Shown here in pieces: positions 1 through 11,794 of a DNA stretch of 52,146 nt (positions are counted from its first letter, which is position 1; each line of letters begins with the position of its first letter). Location of the stretch: NCBI RefSeq assembly GCF_004010195.1, contig NC_057753.1:10816858-10869003 (forward strand), read 5' to 3'. Under the pieces are notes generated by a model, which worked only from the letters and a program-made list of their open reading frames with translations, ran no database searches and was not told the DNA's origin. The position numbers and the translations under genes are program-made. This DNA comes from Chiloscyllium plagiosum (taxonomy: Eukaryota).

Positions 1-665
1 GGACTTGTAAATATATGGCTTACTTGTAAAATAGAAGGCTGGCTGCGAGTGTAAATATACTCTGCATTCGGAAGCCTGTGGTGATGCTGTGTAACGCGCG
101 CAGAAGGGGGTCACGTGATGCTCTGTTTCGTGCCCCGGAAGAGTGCGAGGAGGTCACGTGGTGCGCCGTTTCGCGGGCGAGGAGGTCACGTGGTGCTCCG
201 TTTTGCAGGCGAGGAGGTCACGTGGTGCTCCGTTTAGCAGGCGAGGAGGTCACGTGGTGCTCCGTTTCGCTGGCCGAAGAAGGTCACGTGGTGCTCCGTT
301 TCGCGGGCAAAAGATGTCGGGGCAAAAGGCGTCGGACATCCGGGAACGCGGGGAGGTGGAGAATGGAATCAGATCAACAGCCAATCAGAAGATAATTCTA
401 CCTCCATGATTGCATGACGTTTTTTATTGTATAAAAGACTGGGTCAGGGACAGGAATAGGTCTTACTTTTTGAACTGACACACTTTGTATTTTGTCAGGG
501 ACGGAAAGGTCTAGACCCAGAGCTCTGTATACTTTGTCCACTTATTGTTTAAAATAAATTAAGAGTGTGAGATTGAATATCTTCTATTGCTTCATTTAAA
601 GAACACGCAGGACTGGGCTCTCACATAGAAGAAAGTAAGTTGGTAGATTGAGCCAAAGTCCAACA
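1..665 (+). mobile_element. LTR (5' end probably outside window) inserted into a Tx1-like LINE
   Basis: Ordered promoter layout: tandem E-box repeats (111-310), CCAAT (~382), TATAAAA (~430), AATAAA (~553). Ends ...CCAACA at 665, exactly where Tx1 RT homology (KVRQKVG, minus) begins. Confidence 0.65.
107..310 (+). repeat. ~32-bp tandem repeat, six GTCACGTG E-box copies
   Basis: CACGTG at 112, 155, 187, 219, 251, 285; unit GGAGGTCACGTGGTGCTCCGTTTCGCGGGCGA. Confidence 0.95.
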
Positions 666-1577
666 CTGCCTACTTTCTGCCTCACTTTACTGATACGCTC
701 CTCCCAAGATTTGGCGCATGACCCAGCCCCTCCGAACCAAATACCCAGTAACTTCAGGTGGTCAGTCCTGACGGTGAAGGGGATGAAGGATTGGTCAGCC
801 CAGTTCCCAAACAGGATAATCCGAGGCCTTGCTCTTGCCTCGGACCATCTTGGCCCCCGAGGTCCGTTTGAACTGGTCACAGATGCACATGAGGCTGTGC
901 ACGGACAGCGGATCCAAACAGAAAACGGCAACATCATCCACGTACAGAGAGGTTTTAACCTGTAGGCCCCCGCTGCCAGGAATAGTCACCCCTCTCAGGC
1001 TTGCATCGTTCCTGATGGACTCGCAAACGGCTCTATGCAGCACACAATCAAGGCAGGAGAGAGAGAGGGCAGCCCTGCCCTGACTCCAGATCTGACTGGG
1101 AAGCTGTCTGATTCCTACTCATTGATCGAGACTGCACTGACAATTTTGCTGTAGAGCAGTTGGATCCAATTGCAGATTCCCCCCCCTCCCCCCAAAACTC
1201 ATTTTGTGTCCACCCCCCTGTCCTGCACAGAGGAGATCGTATCCCTGAGGAGTGCAAGACTCTCAGCGATCTTCCTGCCCGGTACAGCACAGGTTTGGTC
1301 AGGGTGAATACCAATCCCAGAGCAGACCAGACCCAGTTAGCGATGACCTTTTACAAGATTTTGTAATCTACGTTTAATGGTGAGATTAGTCTCCAATTTC
1401 TGATTCCCTCCCTCTCCTCCTTCTGCTTGTATATGAGGGTGATGATGCCTTTCCTCATGGATTCGCTCACGGTACCTACCAGAAGCATACTGACATACAC
1501 CTCCAGCAGGTCCTGGCCAATCAAGTCCCATAGAGCAGAATAGAGCTCGACCGGTAAGCCGTCGCTTCCGGGAGTAA
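666..1577 (-). mobile_element. L1/Tx1-clade LINE ORF2 RT fragment (copy 1, decayed)
   Basis: Minus frames give PGSDGLP, QGCPLS, SLYVDDVAVF, LKLLGIWFG and SWEERISKVRQK, with frameshifts. Confidence 0.9.
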
Positions 1578-1579
1578 AC

Positions 1580-3616
1580 CTCTTTTTTTATTTCAAAAAT
1601 ATACTTTATTCATAAAATAATTTGATGGCCTGTACAGTTGGTCATGCCATACATATGTAAATATGTACATACAGAGATCAGAATTTATCATATTTTCACA
1701 GGTCTGTACATTTTTCCATCATATGCCTATATAATTAGCTGAGGCGTCAGCAGAGCCCAAATGACTGCATGGGCCCCCTGTTCTTCGTTAGGCAGGCAGA
1801 CTTTACACAGTGGTCTTTCCCCACCACGCCCTGGCGGCAGCTGCCCCAAGCTTCAGTGCATCCCTCAACACCTAGTCCTGGACCATGGAATGTGCCAGTC
1901 TGCAACACTCAGTCGGGGTCAACTCCTTCAGCTGGAAGATCAGCAGGTTTCGGACCACCCAGAGAGCGTCCTTCACCAAGTTGATGATCCTCCAGGCAGA
2001 GTTGATGTTCGTCTCGGTGTGTGTCCCGGGGAACAGGAGTCCCGCGTCACGGCGCTGCTCGGGACGAACCTCGACAAACACCACTGCATTCCTCTCCAGA
2101 CTCCCTCTGCATAGGCACATTCCAGAAGGAGGTGTGCGACAGTCTCGTCCCNNNNNNNNNNNNNNNNNNNNNNNNNNNNNNNNNNNNNNNNNNNNNNNNN
2201 NNNNNNNNNNNNNNNNNNNNNNNNNNNNNNNNNNNNNNNNNNNNNNNNNNNNNNNNNNNNNNNNNNNNNNNNNNNNNNNNNNNNNNNNNNNNNNNNNNNN
2301 NNNNNNNNNNNNNNNNNNNNNNNNNNNNNNNNNNNNNNNNNNNNNNNNNNNNNNNNNNNNNNNNNNNNNNNNNNNNNNNNNNNNNNNNNNNNNNNNNNNN
2401 NNNNNNNNNNNNNNNNNNNNNNNNNNNNNNNNNNNNNNNNNNNNNNNNNNNNNNNNNNNNNNNNNNNNNNNNNNNNNNNNNNNNNNNNNNNNNNNNNNNN
2501 NNNNNNNNNNNNNNNNNNNNNNNNNNNNNNNNNNNNNNNNNNNNNNNNNNNNNNNNNNNNNNNNNNNNNNNNNNNNNNNNNNNNNNNNNNNNNNNNNNNN
2601 NNNNNNNNNNNNNNNNNNNNNNNNNNNNNNNNNNNNNNNNNNNNNNNNNNNNNNNNNNNNNNNNNNNNNNNNNNNNNNNNNNNNNNNNNNNNNNNNNNNN
2701 NNNNNNNNNNNNNNNNNNNNNNNNNNNNNNNNNNNNNNNNNNNNNNNNNNNNNNNNNNNNNNNNNNNNNNNNNNNNNNNNNNNNNNNNNNNNNNNNNNNN
2801 NNNNNNNNNNNNNNNNNNNNNNNNNNNNNNNNNNNNNNNNNNNNNNNNNNNNNNNNNNNNNNNNNNNNNNNNNNNNNNNNNNNNNNNNNNNNNNNNNNNN
2901 NNNNNNNCATCCTTCCTGATGGACTCGGCAGATGGCTCTATGCAGCACACAAACAAGGCAGGAGCGAGAGGGCAGCCCTGCCTGACTCCAGATCTGACTG
3001 GGAAGCTATCTGATTCCCACCCGTTGATTGAGACTGCACTGACAGTGTTGGTGTAGAGCAGTCTGATCCAATTGCAGATTCCCTCCCCAAAGCCCATTTT
3101 GGAAAGAACATCTCTCATATACGTGTGTGATATCCTGTCAAAGGCTTTCTCCTCGTCCAGGCTGATCAGGCAGGTGTCCAACCCTCTGTCCTGCACGTAG
3201 GCGATCGTATCCCTGAGGAGTGCGAGACTCTCAGCGATCTTCCTGCCCGGCACAGCACAGGTTTGGTCAGGGTGAATCACCGACCCCAGAGCAGACCTGA
3301 CCCGGTTGGCGATTACCTTTGACTGAATTTTGTAATCTGTATTCAACAGTGAGATTGGTTTCCAATTTTTGAGTTCCTCCCTCTCCCCCTTCCGCTTGTA
3401 GACGAGGGTGATGATGCCTTTCCTCATGGATCGGGAATGGTACCTGCCCGAAGCATACTGACATACACCTCCAGCAGGTCCTGGCCAATCAAGTCCCACT
3501 GAGCGGAATAGAGCTCGACCGGTAAGCCGTCGCTTCCTGGAGTTTTATTCTTTTCGAAGGACTCGAGGGCCTTGGTCAGCTCGTCCAGAGATAGCGGCTG
3601 GTCAACTCCCTCTTCC
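1580..3616 (-). mobile_element. L1/Tx1-clade LINE, 5'-truncated, with 3' UTR and short A tail (copy 2; spans gap 2152-2907)
   Basis: KTPGSDGLP, NWKPISLLNTDYKI, LDEEKAFDRISH, GVRQGCPLAP, and C-terminal ETVAHLLLEC zinc motif; T-run plus TTTATT (poly-A/AATAAA on minus) at ~1583-1610. Confidence 0.92.
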
Positions 3617-4086
3617 AAAATAAATTCCTAAGCATTGAACAGATACCTTCAGTCGAGCAGCTAACCCTGGCAAGGGACACCGCGACAGTTATTGGAGCCG
3701 GTCAGTCTCAGCAGTTAAACCCAGCAGTGTCTCCTCGCTCCAACAATCCCTACGACATAGTGCAATAGCGGGAAATCTGCAAGAAAGTGACAGTTCTGGA
3801 AAGTCTCTGCAGCTCAGGCTGTATCATGAATGAGAGAGCAGGAGTGTTGCAGCTCACTGACATTCGGTCTTCAAGAACGACCTACTCCAAAGCCTCTCCG
3901 TCTCAGTGCAGGAGAGACAAGCATTTCTCTTGGTTTGACTTTGCTGTGAGTAAATCCGTTCACTCTAACCCCGAAAAAAGGAATTTCCCGGAACTCGGAA
4001 CTAAGTCCAGCTAGGTAAAAACAATGGCTGCAGATGCTGGAAACCAGATTCTGGATCAGTGGAAGAGCGCAGCAGTTCAGGCAGGT

Positions 4087-4199
4087 CCAGCTCCAGAGCC
4101 CACCCAGTCCTTCCCTCCAGCTCCCACCCAGTCCTCCCCTCCAGCTCCCACCCAGTCCTCCCCTCCAGCTCCAGCTCCCACCCAGTCCTCCCCTCCAGC
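4087..4199 (+). repeat. 24-bp C-rich minisatellite (~4 copies)
   Basis: Unit CCAGCTCCCACCCAGTCCTCCCCT; not seen expanded at the paralogous position (~38400). Confidence 0.9.
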
Positions 4200-4318
4200 C
4201 GCGTCGCCTCTTTGCAGCTTAGACACCGCCCCCCCAAAGCGCTTACTCCACAAACAGCGAGGTGCTGCCCTTCTTTCACTCGGATTGGTTCGAGAACCAG
4301 CCAGTTCCATAACGTCAT

Positions 4319-4575
4319 CCTGCACTGCCCCGCTTTCTATTGGCCAGAACATGCCGTCAATCATCTAAGAGTTGAAGCATGCGCAGAGCGGACAGATGTT
4401 TTTCCAGTTGTACACATTTAGTAAGAGAGGAATTGAGTTCATTTCCTGCACTGCCCCGCTTTCTATTGGCCAGAACATGCCGTCAATCATCTACGAGCTG
4501 AAGCATGCGCAGAGCGGACATGTTTTTCCAGTTGTACACATTTAGTAAGAGAGGAATTGAGTTCATTTGTATTTC
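4319..4575 (+). promoter_or_regulatory. Tandemly duplicated ~125-bp promoter-like module (ATTGG box plus NRF1-like GCATGCGCAG)
   Basis: 4319-4445 is repeated at 4446-4575; a single copy is at ~38528-38690. Promoter function is inferred. Confidence 0.5.
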
Positions 4576-5025
4576 CTCTTAGGAAGAAGGGAGAGGTTTT
4601 TAAAAAAAATATGATATGTAGACATCCCTGAACTGTGTTTATTTTCCATCCTACATTGTCTGGAGGACGGTGAAGAGACAACCACAATGTTTAGAGTCAT
4701 ATGTCGGTCAGATCGGGAAAAGGCGAGCCCAATGGTATTTTACAATAATTAACATTTCACTACTGTGTGGCCTGATGGATTTGAACGTCTCTCCTAGAGC
4801 TAAAAGATGTTGTGACAAAGCCACTGTCTCCTGGGACAGAAATTTCCAGCTTTGGTGAACAAGAGGACACAATGTTCCAGGGAAACCAGAATTATCTATT
4901 TGGACTTTCCATCTTGAACTGACAGGAATAACTTCTGTAAAAACTCCTTCACAGGATTTTAGGGAGAAGATTTAAGTGTGAAAAGAAGAATTGTTATCCA
5001 TAAATCTGTGTTGAATAATACCTAA

Positions 5026-5746
5026 TGTTACGTCATGAAGATCAAACCCTTCAGTTAATTAAACCAAACGCACAGAAAAGCTCAATTTGCCTCGTAACCT
5101 GTTAAAATGTGTGACAGAAGTCCTCTAATTCCACTATTTTAAAAAATTAACAATTTATTTTTCTAACTCTTAAACATTAAACAAAAGCTATTCACGAATC
5201 CAACCCCCCCCCCTTTTCTTTACTTCCTATCAGACCCCGACTGAATAAAATAATATGCTCTTCTAATACCATATTTATTAAATATTCCATTAACTTAATC
5301 TCAAGGCCACACAGTCTCCTCTTCTTCGATGTTTTCACTCTTCCAGCTGCTGATCTCCCTGGGTCGGCTTTCTTTTTCACTGTGCATATGTTTCACGTGA
5401 AAAGGTACGTTTGATAGAGAGTATTTTCTAATTTCTCTGAGAGCACGGTATTAGATGGGCAATTGCTCTCCGTCTAATTTTCAAAATACTAGGTTTATAT
5501 ACCCCCCAAGACACATTAAATTCTTATAATTTGATTGGTTTCTAGGTGTCAAAACAATAAAATTCAAATTCCATTGGCTTCTAGTATCCTGGTATAATTT
5601 AAATTGATTGATTAAATTTGACTTGTTGTCAAAACAACTATGAAAACTCAAGTATTCATTGAACAGCAATTGATACACTTGAGCTGGCAGCTGTGGTGGC
5701 TGTACTTTCTATCTTCGTGACCACATATGTTTTTGACTTTGTAACA
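5026..5746 (-). repeat. Gypsy 3' LTR
   Basis: TGTTAC...GTAACA termini; adjacent TCTCCCCACTTAAG is a polypurine tract on the minus strand. Confidence 0.9.
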
Positions 5747-8700
5747 TCTCCCCACTTAAGAAAAACAATGACCCATTGTAATGAAAAGTTGCTTAATTTG
5801 TTTTCCTCTAATTCATAATACCATGAAATTTATATGTCATTAATCTTAGATTTCACATTAATTCTGCACACATATATAAAATTGAAATCAGTCAAATCTT
5901 ATTTACATTTTTTCCTTTAAATCCATGATAAAGCATCTTATATTACATTTTTACAATGCTCAACAAACACAATTTGTAAATTAAATGTCTGTAACATAAT
6001 GAAATAGTCTCGTATTTTTGTCTTTAAGTCTTTCCAAAAATGTGCGAAGCTTCTGGTCTGTGTACACAACTGTCTCCTTCACATTGTTCATCACATAAAC
6101 ATTAAAATGTTGTAAGGCCAGAACCAATCTCAATAATTCTTGTTCGAATAATAGTATTCTCTCCGGTGGATACTGAGTTTTGTTTTAAAAAGTAGCCAAT
6201 TAACCATTCAAATCCATCATCATCTTCCTGCATCAATACATCTCCAATCCCTATCTCACTAGTATAGATTGCAACTTTGAAGAGTTTCAAAAAATTTGGT
6301 GCAGTAGTTAATATGGCTTTTAAGTTCTCAAATGCATCCTGGTATTGTTCTGTCCACCAATATTTTGTGTTGTTCTTTAGTAAATCTGTCAGTGGTGCCA
6401 CCATGCTGCCGAGGTTTGGGACAAACTTCTGGTAGAATCTGCTCTGTCGCAAAAATCAAAGCACCTCTTTCTTCAAGGACGATTGTGGAAATTCTCTGAT
6501 GGCCTTTGTCTTTGCATTCCTTGGTGCCAACCTTCCATGTCTAACATTATGTCCCAAGAATGTCACCTCTGCCTCCATGAATTCTGTTTTCTTTAAGTTT
6601 CTTATCATAATCATTCAAAGAGCTCTACCAACTGTACCATTTGATCTTTCCATGATTCGCTAAGGATCACCACATCATCAAGATATACAACACAGTTACT
6701 TAATCCAGCCACAACACTGTTCATGAGTCTTTGGAATGTGGTTGATTCATTCTTCATTCCACTTGAATTGGAGTTACAAACTTCTTTTGCTTTCTCTATT
6801 AAGTTACCTGCCGATAATCATGCAATAAGTCCAAATTTGTGATGTAAGTGGGCTTGTCCAAATTTCTCTATACAGCCCTCCAATCTTGGGATTGGGTGTG
6901 GGTCTGAGTTTGTTATGGCATTGACCTTCCGATAGTCTACAGAAAATTGTTGAGTCCCGTCAGGTTTGGGAACTAACACGATCAGTGAACTCAACTCACT
7001 CTGACTTGGTTTGATGATATCTTTGTTGACCATGGCATCCACTTTTCCGGATCTGTACGGCTTCAAGAGGATTCAGCCTATAGAGATGTTGTTTTATTGG
7101 AACAGCATTCCCTTCTTCCACCTCATGCACAATAGTATTAGTCCTCCACATCTATTCCTACATATCCTCATACTACTGCAACAAACCTTTCTTTGCTCTT
7201 GAGACAGACAGCTCACTATCCTATCCCATTCCTCAAGTACTACCTCGTAATTAATGTCAGAGGCCCTCTCACTTTATGTCTGAATATTAACTCAAAGGGA
7301 GCAAACTGAGTAGATTCATTTGGGGCATCTCTAATGGCAAACATTATGAATGGGATATCTTTAGCTTAACCATTCGGGCAATCTGACAGGACACTCTTAA
7401 CATGGTCTTCAGGGTCTGCTGCCACCTTTCCAAGGTTCCCTGGGATTCAGGATAGTATGCACTTGATTCAAATGCTGTATGCCTAAGCTATCCATGTCTT
7501 CCTTAAACAGCCTAGCAGTAAAATTAAAACTTTGGTTTGCCCGAATATCTCTGGGTAGCCCGTATTGGGTAAAGAAAACTACAAACTCCTCCACCATCCT
7601 TTTTTTGCCTTAACACTCCATAATGGAATCGCTTCTGGAAATCTGGTAGGCATATCCATTATGGTTAGCAAATATTGGTTCCCACTTTTAGATTTAGGAA
7701 GGGGATCTACACAATCAATCATAACCTATGTAAAAGGTTCTTTTCATGTGGGAATTGGCAATAAAGGTGCTAGTTTTATAATTGCCTGTAATTTACCTAC
7801 CACTTGGCACATATAACGTGTGGCAAAAGTCAACCACATCCTTGTGAAGTCTTTTATATCTTAGCCTGAGTCCTTCCTCACATCAAGGTGATCTCCTACT
7901 AGTTATTCATGTGCTACTCATAATACTTCCTGTCTGTTGGCTACCAGCAACACAATCCTGTGCACGCCCACCCATGTCTCCTCTGCACTAACCTGCTGTG
8001 GTCTTCATTTTCGTCTTAGGACTCTATCCTTAGACAATAATCCTCATGAATACATTCCGAACCCTTTTCTAAGCAGGCTTTGTTATCTCATCTTTCTGTT
8101 GTAAGCCCATTAGCCTTTCAGGACAAAACAACTCTGCCTGACTCGCTACCTGTTCAGGTTTTTCCTGTTACATCAAACAGAGTGTCAACTAACTGAATCT
8201 CAACTCTTCCGTCTTTCTCTTTAGCCTTTCTTTCTTGCGGTAACTTATGATAGTGGACCTTGTTACTACACAGTCCGGAAAAATTCTGGGTATTTTTCAT
8301 TTACCTCCTCCATTCCCTGGTTTCCTGGTTCTCCACCACAATAGGCATCACTCTCACTTTGGATCCTACCAAGTTGTTCCCAAGAACAAACTGTATTCCT
8401 GTTTCTGACACTCTGTCCATCACTCCTACTGTCAATATGTTAATTTTGTTTTGGCTCTCCATCTTAATCTTACACAGGGGAATGCTACATTTCTGTCCAT
8501 CTATTCCACAAATTGCCACACTCTCGTGTGACATTTCAGAAAGAGTGCAAATTCTTTTATCTCTTACTATTAGAGACTGATTAGCTCACATATCTCTCAA
8601 AATTGTAACTTCTTTCCTTTCTCCCCCTGTTCTTCCTGAGTAAACTTTACCCACAGACATAAAGTCTTTATAGAGATCGGGCAGTAACTCAATATCCTGC

Positions 8701-9099
8701 CCCTGCCTAAGCTGTGCACTCTCCTGCAGCTCCTTTCTTTTTCCTGGGTTTCCTTTATTATTTTCACTAATGGGACTGGTTTAGCCTCTTTCACCACTTC
8801 TTTTCCCACAGTGCCTTTCTTCAAGGATCAGCACTGTGATTTTACATGCCCCACTTTCTGGGAGTGAAGACACCTTTTCCCAGTGCCCTGCTTAAACCAT
8901 CGGCACTGGAACTTTGTGTGTCCCACTCCATTATAGAAAACACCTGAGGCTTTTCACCTCCTTTTCACCCCCCCGGGCTTCTTTTTACACCGGTGATAAA
9001 TTATTCCCATTGTGATCCACTCTGTTTTGTAGAGAAGGATCTTCACTTCTCCCAATTTCTATCAGAAATTCCTGTCGGAAATGAAATTTTGCCTTATGC

Positions 9100-9600
9100 A
9101 CAAATGCATATTCATCTGCCATCTCTGCCACTCTTCTCACTTTTAAAAGTTTCTGATCATCCACTTAAGTTCGTAGCATCTCTGTAAGTGAGTTTTTAAA
9201 CTCCTCCAGCAGAATAATCTCTCTTAGAGCCTCATAGGTCTTATCTATTTTTAAGGCCCGCGCCATCTATCAAAATTGCTATCTTTAATGCTTTAGCACT
9301 CAACATAAGTCTGACCTGGTTCCTTCTTTATGTTTCTGAACCACTGTCTCTCCGTTTCTGGTACCAATTCATAAGCACTCAAAATACCTTTTTGTCATCT
9401 GTATAATCTCTTGACCCCTCATTTGACAGCACTGCAAATGCCTCACTGGCTCTGCCTACCAGCTTAGTTTGGACTAGCATTACCCACAAGTTTTCTGGCC
9501 ACCCCTAGCCTAGCCAAATTTTCAAATGAAATAAAAAAGACTTCAACATCTTTCTCATCGAAATGTGGCAATGTTTTAAGATATTTGTATACATCCCTAC
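9100..9600 (-). pseudogene. Gmr1-like gag capsid with SCAN-like C-terminal domain
   Basis: Hand translation gives GWPENLWVMLVQTKLVGRASEAF, ILSAYELVPETERQWFRNIKK and YEALREIILLEEFKNSL. Confidence 0.75.
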
Positions 9601-9907
9601 CTTTTCCCTTCATCTCCATTCTGTTAACTTTACTTTCCTGACTAATTCATAACTTCTGAAGTTCAAATTCTCTCTCTGTTTCTCTCCTCACCATTTCTTT
9701 ATCTTCTAACATGGCTCTTCTTTCATAGAACACAGAACAGTACAGCACAGTAGAGGCCCTCGATGTTGTGCTGACCTTTTATCCTACTGTAAGATGAAAC
9801 TAACCTATGTACCCTTCAATTTACTATCATCCATATGCCTATCCAAGAATCACTTAAACGTCCCTAATGTGCAGTGCATTTCACAAACCCACCACTCTCT
9901 GTAAAGA

Positions 9908-10629
9908 GGAGAAAGTGAGGTCTGCAGATGCTGGAGATCAGAGCTGGAAATGTGTTGCTGGAAAAGCGCAGCAGGTCAGGCAGCATCCAGGGAACAGGAG
10001 AATCGACGTTTCGGGCATAAGCCCTTCTTCAGCCCTTCAGCCCTTCGGACATAAGCCCTTCTGTCCTGAAGAAAGGCTTATGCCCAAAACGTCGATTCTC
10101 CTGTTCCCTGGATGCTGCCTGACCTGCTGTTTTAAAAAATTCTCAAGGTCAGGTTCGTAGGAGAGTAGTCTGACACAGAACAAACGACCAAGAGGCGAGT
10201 CTGCTAGAATATGGGCATTTTATTCCCCGCAGCGTCGCCACAACGGGTCTGGCTTATACTCACTCTACATGTTACCGGAACTGGGAGCCGTCAGTTCTCG
10301 TAGAGCGGTTGCCAACAACCCACGCTCGGCGGTTAAACGTAACCCCGGAGCAGACTCACCGAACTGGAGACTTTTCCAGCTGATATACTCTTTTCCAGAT
10401 ATAAACATTCATGTGAACAGCAGAGCAAGGCTAAAAAACACATTCCATTCTGGTTACATACAGATAAGAAAATTCACACGGGGAGGTGTGTAATAAGATT
10501 CACACGGGACTAAGCAACACCTCCATTCCGGTTAGATTCACACATGTATTGGGACATAATTTTTAACCGTTTCACCACATTCCACTGCTTGGAATTTTAC
10601 ACCACACCTGCTGCGCTTTTCCAGCAACA
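9908..10629. mobile_element. Penelope-derived palindromic element with back-to-back hammerhead motifs
   Basis: ~80-bp inverted arms (9950-10032 vs 10066-10127 plus 10612-10630); 15-bp flanking duplication CACTCTCTGTAAAGA at 9893-9907 and 10630-10644. Confidence 0.75.
10128..10606 (-). mobile_element. Solo LTR (479 bp)
   Basis: TG...CA ends, perfect 5-bp TSD CCTGC (10123-10127, 10607-10611), AATAAA on minus (~10218). Confidence 0.85.
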
Positions 10630-10960
10630 CACTCTCTGTAAAGAACCTACCTTCTTTTCTTTATCTTCTAACTGCAGTTGCCTCAATTGCAATTTAAGTC
10701 TTTCTAACTCTACTGCGCTTGTCCGTTCCTCTGATACACCAAAGTACTTGACCAACTCCAGAACCTCTTTAGCAATGTTAGGAGCTATTTCTCTCACTTT
10801 TATTTTAACCAACCACAAGTAACCGACATTAAATACATTTTCTCACCTAAGTTTTATTTAAAGATCAAGGACACTAATTGCCAAGTGTTTAAATCTGCTG
10901 GGACCTTTCATACCCAAAATCTATTCAAATATGTCCAAATCTCTGGATCTATATAAACCT

Positions 10961-10987
10961 GTTCAAATCCCCGGCAACAAGCCCCCA
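10961..10987 (-). promoter_or_regulatory. tRNA-Pro primer-binding site (degenerate)
   Basis: Minus reads TGGGGGCTTGTTGCCGGGGATTTGAAC vs tRNA-Pro complement TGGGGGCTCGTCCGGGATTTGAAC, 3 nt from the 5' LTR. Confidence 0.85.
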
Positions 10988-10990
10988 AAT

Positions 10991-11775
10991 TGCTACTTCA
11001 TAGAGGTCAAACCTCTCTGTTAATTAAAACCAAACATACAGAAAAGCCTGCCTCATCTCGTAATATGTTAAAATGTGAGTAAGTGACAGAGAGCTCCTCA
11101 ATTCCACGATATAAAGAAAAATAACAATTTATGTTTTAAACTCTAATATTGAATATTAAACAAAAACTATTCACAATTCTAAGCACCTCTTTTTTAACTA
11201 TTTACTATCTGACCCCATCGCTATAAAATAATTTGATGTTCCAATAACACATCTATTCAACATTACACTAACTTAATCTAAGGTCAGACAATCTCTATCA
11301 TTTTTAGTGTTTTCACTTTTCCTGATCTCCATGAGTCTGTTTTTTTACTAGAGTATGTTTCACATGGAAAGGTACCTTTGACAGAGAGTGTTTCCTAATT
11401 TCTTTGAGGAAGATGGGCAGTTGCTGTCTGGCTCTGATCGATGGCAGTTGTTGTCTTTCTAATTTTCAAAATATTGGGTTTATATGCCCCCCGATACAGT
11501 AAATTCCTATAATTTGGTTTCTAGGTGTCAAAACAATAAAATTAAAATTCCATTGACTTCTGGTATCCTGGGCATAATTTAAACTAACTGATTAAATTTG
11601 ACTAGTTAAATTTGAATTGGTGTCAAAACATCAAACAGAACTCAGGTATCCATTTAATAGCCAATTGCTACATTTGGAACAATCTGACTTTTTGCTGGCA
11701 GCTATGGTTGTGCTTTAAACTCAGAAAAGCACTCTGTATCTTAAAGTGACCATACATGCTTTTGATGTCATAACA
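10991..11775 (-). repeat. Gypsy 5' LTR
   Basis: TGCTAC...TAACA; alignable along its length with 5026-5746 but visibly diverged. Confidence 0.88.
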
Positions 11776-11794
11776 TTGCATTGATCATTCGTCC

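Larger units (their letters stand above)
9725..10651 (-). mobile_element. CR1-like 3' fragment inserted in gag, itself interrupted by nested elements
   Basis: Begins CATAGAACACAGAACAGTACAGCACAG (CR1 tail, reverse orientation); resumes after 10644; gag continues on both sides. Confidence 0.7.
5026..11775 (-). mobile_element. Full-length decayed Gmr1-like Ty3/Gypsy LTR retrotransposon
   Basis: Two related LTRs (5026-5746, 10991-11775), PPT at 5747-5760, tRNA-Pro PBS. Minus-strand order is gag, protease (ILRDM*ANQSL ~8575-8605), integrase (~7300-7950; FFTQYGLPRDIRANQSFNF), RT (~6480-7070; VDYRKVN, YLDDV), RNase H (~6000-6450). Many stops. Confidence 0.92.

Noticed and set aside
107..310. Regularly spaced ~32-bp repeats resembling a CRISPR array
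   Set aside because: There are no unique spacers or cas genes, and the context is vertebrate; this is a tandem enhancer-type repeat.
1872..3499. Long ORFs of 287-508 aa (similar ones at 27.6-29, 36, 39.5 and 41.6-42.3 kb)
   Set aside because: Their length comes from N runs translated as X; the real parts are LINE fragments.
4024..4421. Pro/Ser-rich ORFs in several frames
   Set aside because: They are produced by the stop-free 24-bp minisatellite and are not conserved in the paralogous copy.
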